Below are positions 54,898 to 64,000 of a stretch of 64,000 nucleotides of DNA, piece by piece; positions within the stretch are counted from its first letter, which is position 1; every line of letters starts with the position of its first letter. Under the pieces are notes generated by a model. That model was given only the letters and a program-made list of their open reading frames with translations, ran no database searches and was not told the DNA's origin. Made by a program: the position numbers and the translations under genes. Origin of the DNA: Kudoa neothunni (taxonomy: Eukaryota > Animalia > Cnidaria); the NCBI GenBank assembly GCA_964304625.1, contig OZ199838.1, forward strand, positions 5,746,243 to 5,810,242. Reading direction: 5' to 3'.

Positions 54898-55989
54898 ATG
54901 GTTGCGTTCAAAGAAGTATCAACCAAAAAGATCAACTTTGTTCAACAAGTCTCTGTAAATTGCAGCAACGAATACGCTCCGTGATTGAGTTGTTTTGTAG
55001 GACTTGATTGAGCAGTACCACAAGTTTATTATATTCCAAGCTGACAATGTTGGAGCATCCCAGATACAAAGCATTAGAAAACAACTTAGAGGAAAAGCTG
55101 AGGTTATTATGGGTAAGAACAGTTTGTTCAAGAAAGCCTTTATCCCTCAATATGAAAAATATCCAAATCTCCAAAAGTAATGGCTCTCTATCGGCTGTTT
55201 GTGCTTGGAAGCTAAAGTCCGATTTAGAATTGTACCTCAAATTGTTGGTAATGTTGGATTTCTGTTCACCAACGAACCCACCCTTGGAGAATGCCGATCA
55301 ATATTGGAAACACTTTCCGAATATAAACCTCCAAAAGTTGGAGCCATCGCTCAATGCGATGTTGTTGTTCCTAAAGGTGTGACGTCAATCTCTCCTGAAA
55401 AGACTAGTTTCTTCCAGTCTCTTAACATCAGTACCATGATTAACAAAGGTTGTATTGAAATTATGGTATACCTTTTGTGTTATGTTTTGCTGTGTGTGTG
55501 TAATGATGATTGCTCGGTTAGAACGATGTCCATTTGATCAAAGCTGGCAACAAGGTTGGTGAATCAGAGGTTACATTGCTCACTATGTTGGGCATCAAGC
55601 CATTTGCCTACAAACTCAGCAGCAAGGTTGTCTACGATAATGGTGATGTGTACTCGCCTGCTGTACTCGATATTACTACTGATGATTGGGCCAATGTCAC
55701 CAAAGAAGCTATTGGGTCTGTTACAGCCCTCGCTTTGGGTGTTGGACACTTCACCAAATGTTCTGCTCCTCATTCCATCTTGTACGCCTTCAAATCTATT
55801 GTTGGTGCATATTTGGAGTTGGGAATTGAGACTGAACGAACTAAAGCTATTCAAAGTGCTATTGAGTCTGCAGCTTCAGTTGCTGCCGCTGCCCCCGCTG
55901 CATCTGCTGCGTCTGGAAGTGCTGCTAAGGTTGAAGAAACCAAAGAAGAAGAATCAGACGATGACCTCGGTTTCTCACTCTTTGATTAG
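54898..55989 (+). CDS. RPLP0: 60S acidic ribosomal protein P0 (uL10), 312 aa
   Basis: Exons 54898-54954, 55001-55176, 55228-55465, 55522-55989; introns 46/51/56 nt; C-terminus EEESDDDLGFSLFD. Confidence 0.97.
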
Positions 55990-56787
55990 ATAGCTCACCA
56001 AAACCTAAGAGTAGTATTTGTCTGAAGAATGTTTTAGGATTTGATTATTTGCGCATTATGATTCGAGTTTCCGTAATCTTGTTTTCAAAATTAGCGCTTT
56101 CTCGTCAGTTACAGCTTGTATATTTGCTGCCTTGTTTTGCGTTGGGCTTAGTTGGCGGTCCCCTACTTATGTGATCACCCCTGAATTAATGAAGAATGGC
56201 TGTTCAAATTTAACTTTAGTAACTACTTGCGCTTTTGGGAAACGTCAATTTTAATCCTTAAGCTCCCACTATGTTTCCTGGACTATAAAATCTTCCTCGA
56301 AAATAAGAACTAATGGTATATTTGAGCTAATTTTTAATATAAGAACTATTCCGTAGATAATACCTAATGACCCCTTTCCAGTAAAATATGTAAGTTGGAC
56401 TTGTCTAATATTCGGACAAAGAATGGTATTTGTAGGCTACGTATACATTCTACTTCTTTTTTATATAGTGCTAATGCGAACTTCCTAGCTTCGTCCTGGA
56501 TTAGAAATATTTTCCATTGAAACTCCACCAAAAATGTATTAAATGATTGAAGATAAATTATGAATTTTTTCGATTATAATACTTTTAACGATTGTTATTA
56601 ACAAAGTTAAAATTAAGATAATTTTAGGGGAATCATAGAAATAACTATATAGTAGGCGACCGATTTTGCACTATTCCTTACGGACCATGAAAAAATGTGC
56701 AAAATCGGTTAGTCACGTGGTCGCCAATATATATTTTTCGTCATTTACAGTCAATTATTCAAACCAAAATTATTGTTCAATTGAATA

Positions 56788-58464
56788 CAGTAAGGTACCA
56801 ATTTCACGTAATACCTTCGGGACCGAGAAAAAAGTGCGTCAAATAGGTTACGTCCAGGGTATCCAATTAGACAATCGGATAAAACCCAAGGTCTCAAAGA
56901 AGGCACAAAAGTATTATTAAAATAACAAAAAATTTTATTTTAAACGCGTTTTCTAATTATTGTTATCAATTGAATCGCCTTCATCATCTTCACAACCCTC
57001 AGTTAGGAGGGTTGATCTATTTTTCAAGCTCTCAAGGTATCGTTGGCTCACAACACCGCTGTTCACATCATGTATTAGTTTATTTGTTTGTTTCGGCGGC
57101 AAACACAATTTATTATTTCTTCTGATAAATTGCTTTGCGATAAGTTTGCATTTTACAGTTTCAGCCTTTAATGAATTGGTTTATTTAGTTTTTACTATGT
57201 TCATTAATGAAAAATTCGTTCAACATTTTCGGTGGCTGGAATTTCTGTACTTAGCATTTTGATCAAGCCAATCTTTAAAATCTACTTTTATCCAATCTTG
57301 ATTGGAGCACATATTATCCCACGCTCTTTTTTTGATCTCCATTTGAAATTTCACACATACTTTAAAACAATATAATAAGAACAATTGATTAAATAATAAT
57401 TATTCAAGAATCGGAAAACAGCGCAACGTCGACGACCGTGATATCTTTTGAAGATTTTGAATAATTTTAATTCTCTCCATTAATAAAACAATAAATATGA
57501 TTATTCTAACTAATTCTAAAACTTATTATTTATAACTGATCTCAAAGAATTAAATAATCTAAAAGTTTTGTAAATAAACAAAAAACCCAAGGTTTGGACT
57601 CCCTGGCCACGTCCAAGTTCACGAACTTGCGTGCTCAATTATTCAGAAAAAATAGACATTCAATAATGATTAAGTTGTGTTTAAAAAGATCGGTTAACTA
57701 TATATTAATTTTTAAAAGATAGTCAACACTCGAGAAACGTGTTAATGGCACAAAAATATTTTCAACGATCTATGAAATACTCCCCTTGTTGCTATCGGTA
57801 GAATAAAGCAGTTTCGTCTACAATGAAAATAAAATTTTCAGAATAACTTTTAAAAATTGTTCTGATTTGATTGATCCACTCTGAAGTAGCTTCAGGCGTA
57901 GCATCAACAGATTAATTAAGAAAATTTTATGTTTAAATGTTGCACCTTTTTTTAAAACGACGAAACCCTCCACGAATTGTACATGAAGGTAAACCTTTTT
58001 CTTTGGCTAATTAATTTCTCTTGATGATTATCGTGACGAAGCTTACTACAATCTTTTTGCTTCGTGTCCACCCAGTCCATTCGTATACATCTTCACCAAC
58101 ATAATTAAATTTCCCTATATGCAAGTAATTTCTATTTTTAGATTCTAAAAACATTATAGGTTTTGATTATGTTATTTTTCATCTCTAGGATGCCTTTAGG
58201 AGTCGAGATGATAGATGTTTTAAAACATGATATAGTGAAAATTTTCGGCATTCAACATTGATTTGGCTAGATAACAACCAAGAAGTACCCGAAAGAAGTG
58301 CGAGACTCAATCACGTGACTTTTAGTTACATTATTTAGTAACTTTTTAAAATAATTTTTATAAAAATTTTGGTAGAAATATTATAAGAAACATATTATAA
58401 AAGCAATGACCAATCAATATTCTAATTAAATAAGTTTTTAAAAAGTGCGTGAAACTTGTTACTG
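56788..58464 (-). mobile_element. Degenerate Tigger-like element
   Basis: TA-CAGTAA..TTTCACG / CGTGAAA..TTACTG-TA ends; VDETALFY remnant near 57810. Confidence 0.65.
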
Positions 58465-58484
58465 TACATTTGTATATATAAATA

Positions 58485-58647
58485 CAGTCGAACCCCGTTT
58501 ATCCGAAAATGTTGGATCTGGAATTTTCCTTTCGGATATTCAAATTTCGGTTAAACGAATTTTTTTTATTTAGAATCTACGTTAATTCCAATAAATTTTA
58601 AAAAATCGTTCGGATAGCGCGATTTCCGGATGAACGTGGTTCGACTA
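58485..58647. mobile_element. Short MITE
   Basis: CAGTCGAACCCCGTTTATCCG / CGGATGAACGTGGTTCGACT. Confidence 0.7.
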
Positions 58648-58654
58648 TACTAAT

Positions 58655-60087
58655 CCCCCGGTCCGAAATGGGGTCACAAATGACCCCATTTCAGCTATTC
58701 TGTTTTTAACTCCAAGAATTCTGATCTCACCAATTAATGCATTTAGGAATATCTAGATGAAACTATGGGTTTTGAGTTGAACAAATTTTTATTCGTTTAA
58801 GCATTAAAAAATAGCTACACCACATGTTTTATGAGGAAAGATTATTTTTTGCTTTATTTTAAAACAAAAAAAGTATAATTGTATCAATTTTTTTTAAGTT
58901 AAGGAATTAGATTTTAATGGTTTTATTATTATAACTCAAAAAATGCAATTTCGTTTCTAGCTAAGCTGTAATATAATTAACGACAATTAGTCCGTACACA
59001 ATCAGATTAACATTCCTTCTGTATTAATGAAACGTAATTTTCTTAATGTTTTTTATGTTAACTTATGTTTTAAAAAAATATTTATTTATTACTAAACAAT
59101 ATGATCTCGAATAATACATACAACGGTATCGAATAGCTTATACAAAATAATCTTAACTCAAATTCCGGTGATCAATCTGATTTTAAAATATCGTAACTGA
59201 TGTTTTCATTTCCCAAGGACCAAGGATAAGAAGCTCACATTCTTTTGTTCAAATTGCGGTAAGTTATCTCATGTAACAAGTGACTCGAATAATTTTCTCA
59301 TATAAATTTATTATTATTAATGTAAGATCTGTTGGAGAGATATTTTTCAGTACACTATAAAAATGAAGGGTTAATTTAATTGGGCCGTTTTAATACGCCC
59401 GATTCCTACCAATTGGTGAGTCATGCAGTTAACTTAGTATAATCGGCTATATTTGATTATATACTTTAATTGAAAATTCAGAACAAATTAAACGATGAAG
59501 TATAATCAAAAATATATTCAACCGCATACTGTTTGTAACATTAATAACCCCTTCCAACGTCTTAGAAAAATATCTATATTTTTCATATTACCTCAAATAT
59601 TTGTATAATTCGACATGATAATGAAAAATGAATTTTCAATGCTGTCTCAATGCAGTGTTTTGAAAAGCAATGAGATGATCCAAATATAATTAATCCATTC
59701 GGCGGTTTCCGAAAGATAACGAATATGCTGGTCGCGTCGACCGTCCGGGCGGAGTCATGTTCCTATTTCATTTCGGGTTATTTTAATTTTTAATTGATTA
59801 ATTCGGAGAGTATTTTTGTTTTTGTGATACATGTTAACCGTTCATAGACTTTGGCGTTAAAAATCTAATTAAATTGGTGATAGCTGACCTACTTAGACGT
59901 GCTCACGATTCGCATCAAAAACTATAAATTAGAATCCAATTTACTTATGTATAGCGTGAAATTATGTCAGAAAATGTGCTTAGTTAATTTGATAAAAAAT
60001 TTGAAGCTTTTAACGTTGTTTTTATCTGGGGTCAAAAGAGAACCCGTCGGCTCACGCGTTATGGTCACGCACTCAACACAAGGAGGG
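58655..60087. mobile_element. piggyBac-type non-autonomous element
   Basis: CCC.. start and ..GAGGG-TTAA end; subterminal GGGGTCA..ACCC palindromes at both ends. Confidence 0.5.
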
Positions 60088-60752
60088 TTAAGAACATTCA
60101 CGATTTTAATTAAGTAACTTTACAAAATTTGTGCAAAATCGGTTGCTGACCGTACAGCTAAATGAAAACTTGCAACAATTAATTTTTATTGCTAACATTA
60201 TTATCTCTTTATCCATCATTAACTGTAGTACACTTCGTTACAAACAACTATGCAGCCTTTTATATCAACCTAAATAATTTAAAGTAGAATTAGGTCGGGC
60301 ACGTGGCGCCAAGGTAGACAGGGTAAGCAGTGCCTAGCCTGAGAGTACAAAACAACAACAAAAATTTTCTTATAAAAATAGTTTTTATTTAATTTAATAT
60401 TGTTATATTAATTTATCTTCTTATTTTGTATAAAATAGTAAAAAGTGTGATAATTTTTTGAAAGAATCGGCACAAACTAGCACGTGTCGCATGCACCAGT
60501 CAACACGCGGCATTTTATTGGCCTCTGGAAGCAGAATCTTCGCTTCCTCTCGGCTCAAAATTCAAAGCACAATTGTTATATACTTTTTCCGACAACTTTT
60601 ATTCGTTTTTTTCAGTTACGAATTAATAAATTTTTTATATTTTATTTATAGAAACACTAGGCATTACACTTTACGGAATAAATCATTTTGTAATAATTAT
60701 ACTCTAATGGTTAATCCCTGTTTTATTTACTTTAAAGATAACCGTAGGAATC

Positions 60753-61031
60753 ATGAATAATAGTGAATATTTGAATGTATTCACAAAACTTTCTTATGAA
60801 GAAAAAGTGAAAATTATTACTGATGATAGACCTACCCCAGAATTTCCACAATTACAACAGAAGAAGGATAAAATTACCAGAACACTCCAAACTATCTGGT
60901 ACAATAACAAAGAATGGTTATGTGGTTGTATTACAACAAATCAACCTTTTTGTTTTCCATTCATGCATTTCTCTGCATCCTGCGAAAGGGTTTGGGTGAA
61001 TAAAGGGTATTGTGACTTAAAAATTTTTTGA
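60753..61031 (+). pseudogene. hAT (TTF-type zinc finger) transposase fragment
   Basis: WYNNKEWLCGC..FCFP..WVNKGY. Confidence 0.7.
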
Positions 61032-61639
61032 CAGTTTCAAAACTCACGGTAATTTAATATTGGGGTAACATCATTGAGTGTTTACCCCAAGCAAATATTC
61101 ACGCCACATGCCTGAAATAGGTATATGTTTTGAATTTTTTAGAATGAAAGTTCAATTTAGCGGGCGGCTTTAATAAAATCTAAGGACAGAACCCTAATAT
61201 TTTAAGACTTCGATATATCTGAACATAAAATACACTGACAATTCATCATCATTTACGCAAATGTTACACGTATTAATATTTCTTGAATAAAATAAGAATC
61301 ATTTTTGTGTAGATTTCTCTGGGATTGAAATAATATGGCTAAGGTTTCCCAAATTGTGGGTCAAAAGTGCCACTCAGTTTTATAAATTTAATAACTACAT
61401 TTGTTTAAATGATTTTTCAATATAATATAGAATATTTTGTAATTCGAGATTCTATAAAATTAAATTCAATCCGCTGTCAGAAAATTTGGAAATGGATGCA
61501 TATAAGTTTATCTGATGGCAATATGGATCATGAAACAAGCCGCCTTACATCTCTCCGAAACAAAGAGGTTAAAGTAAAAAATTTCTTCTTATAACAAAAT
61601 CAAGATTTTACATTTTACAATTGTGTACTAAAAATATAT

Positions 61640-62900
61640 TTTCATATTACTACGACTCTGAGGATGACAATAATACTAATGAAATAATTTATACGTTAAC
61701 ATCTAGAGACGGATAAAATTGGTTTTACTAATCTAAAAAGAAACAAATAAATAACTAATTCATAAAATTATTTTAAAATCTATTGTGATTTAAAGAAAAA
61801 AGTTTTAGCATAGTCACGTACGCTATTAATGGCTTTGTTGATACTTTCCACGATTAATTGTTCTATTTTTATTGTTGAATACGCTAATCACTACGTAAGA
61901 AATCATCGACTAAAGCCAAATATCTTAAGGAAAGATGTTATGACGTAATATAATGGTTCTTGCTGGTTTATTGGTGTAAAGGAAGATAAAAGTATGGATG
62001 TTGGTGAATTCTGGTAAAAAATAGAGATTATGCACAATTAACACGAAATCTTGCTTTCGCTTGCTGAAAAAAATTAACCTCTTGCATGAGACTCCGCAAA
62101 GAAAGGTTAAAAACTCAACGCGATAAGCTGGCTTCTATAAAAGACCTTTTGAAACATTTTATTGATAATTGTGGTACAAATTGCTTCAAAAGTATGCACG
62201 TTATATAAGACAAACAAATATTTGTTTTTCGTTGCAGATATGACCTTTAAATGTACATCCTCAAATAAGTCTGATAACTATAGAATCCAAACATGGGAAT
62301 TGGACGATTTAAAAAACTCCTACCTATTTGACGCGAAAGTTTCTGTTGGAAACGATATTAAAAAATAGTTCCATCATTAGGTAATTCTTTTAAAAAGTGT
62401 AGGCCGACAAATTTTCAAAGCTGGTAGGGATGTTACAACAGATAATTTTTTCACAAATTATCGCTTGCAAGATTTCTACTAAGTCAAAAAATGACGAGTA
62501 ATTTCTATGTTAGAATAGAAAATTTCTGATTTTTGAATTTTAGAATTTAAACAAAAAAGTAAGTGGTAATGAATTTTTGTTTCAAGGTCACTCTCGTCAA
62601 ATGTAACTCAAAAAGAACTAGTTAATTGTTTGGTTTATCAAACCCTCATTATGAAACGAGTATTGATGAAGAGAATAGGAAACTCAAAATTCTTACATAC
62701 TTTAACTCCACAAAGGTTTGTGTGGACAGTTGACCACGTTAAAGGCATTTTTCCTTAACAAAAAATACAAGATGGTCTTATTTTAGAATATCTCGGTTAT
62801 TGCATCACAAAGAATGTATTTGGTGTACTGTGCGAAACACCTTGCATTTCTAAACAAGTATAAGAAAAGAGATAAGTAAGAATCCATGAAACTACTCACA
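61640..62900 (+). pseudogene. piggyBac transposase, highly degenerate
   Basis: GRDVTTDNFFT, YFNSTKVCVD. Confidence 0.72.
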
Positions 62901-63522
62901 GGCGGATTTTTATTTGAATATTCCACGTAGCAACGAGCAATTTACTGAAAGACCAAAGATTTTACACGAAGGTTTAAATAAATAGCATGAATTTTTATAA
63001 CCACTCAGAATGTAAGAAAATCTCTACTCAATAAAAAATATAGCAAGACGATCTGACAAATTCAAAAAGAAATAAATAATTTGGATTAAAAATTTTACTT
63101 TGTCCCGAATTAAATGGAGTTAATTAAATATTATAAATATATTAATATCTTTATTATTTCGCAATAACATTAATTCTTTGAGAGGCGCACAGAATATAAA
63201 TATAATTTTTATCATTCAAATATTGAAACACTACAAATTATTTCCTTTAGAACTTTATTTTTATGTTATTTTAGTTGATATTTTGAAATATTTTAAAAAT
63301 TAATACATTTTAGGTTCATTCATTTTTGTAAATGAAATGAAATTAACATTTTATCACATAAGTTTGAAGAAGTTATAAGTATAACAAAATTCATTTTAAA
63401 TTTAAATAAACAGTGGAGAAGATTATGTCAAAGCTTTAAATGTTCCATTCTATATTTTGCAGTAAATAAAAAAGAATGTATATAATTTTATTGAGAGAAC
63501 AGCATTCACACATAGTTATCCA

Positions 63523-63963
63523 CTATTTTTCGGTATTACACACTATGTGTTTAATGAATGCAATCAAAAAGAGAATGACGATATAGGCATGTCCAAAGAA
63601 GAGGACATCTTTCCAAATATTGAAACAATCTTGCAGAGAATCAAGAAAAAAGAAAGGTAATATGGAGTATTCGATGAGTCTTATGTTGATAAACCAAGCT
63701 AAAATGGTAGTGAAGAGTATTGGAAGTGATTTTTTGTAGGCGGCTGATTTTAATAAATCAGTCAATTTATAGCATCTATGGTATCGAGGCAACCAGTTGA
63801 CAAACGCATATTTGAAATATTTTTGAGCAAACGCCACAGAAATAGTAATAAAGAAGCTGATATAATAGCCTGAGTGTATTCCGTGCCAAAAAGCGCTAAA
63901 CATTAATGAAATGGGTACTCTATTATTAAACAAATAATTAGGATAGGAATAAAAATTACACAA
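63523..63963 (-). CDS. MBOAT7: MBOAT lysophospholipid acyltransferase, last exon (gene continues beyond the window)
   Basis: SAFWHGIHSGYYISF catalytic His motif, most like LPIAT1. Confidence 0.78.
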   Translation of the reverse strand: MCNFYSYPNYLFNNRVPISLMFSAFWHGIHSGYYISFFITISVAFAQKYFKYAFVNWLPRYHRCYKLTDLLKSAAYKKSLPILFTTILAWFINIRLIEYSILPFFFLDSLQDCFNIWKDVLFFGHAYIVILFLIAFIKHIVCNTEK

Positions 63964-64000
63964 TTACTTGAAAGGTGTTACGACTAAACCTCCTATATAA

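Noticed and set aside
54919-55993. Overlapping alternative ORFs at RPLP0
   Set aside because: Off-frame or antisense shadows of a well-supported spliced gene.

Overview
AT-rich eukaryotic DNA in the standard genetic code, with very short GT-AG introns (mostly about 40-60 nt). The host is probably a reduced animal parasite such as a myxozoan, which is an inference only. Small islands of housekeeping genes (UBE2V, PSMA7, TSR3, DNAJB9, ASAH1, RPLP0, the 3' end of MBOAT7, and one tRNA-Gly(TCC)) lie among nested, mostly degenerate DNA transposons: MULE, Tigger/pogo, Merlin/IS1595-like, IS630/Tc1, piggyBac and hAT. The most notable feature is at about 12.4-19.9 kb on the minus strand. Two diverged members of one element family lie in tandem, and copy 1 carries a NeSL/Utopia-like RLE non-LTR retrotransposon C-terminus. 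Each copy starts right after tRNA-Gly(TCC) sequence: an intact tRNA precedes copy 1, and a 3' half-tRNA beginning exactly at the anticodon loop/stem boundary precedes copy 2. This suggests a tRNA-Gly-targeting element that regenerates its target. It has an unrecognised conserved N-terminal domain, and copy 1 lacks the RT core. All alignments were made by eye; no database searches were run.
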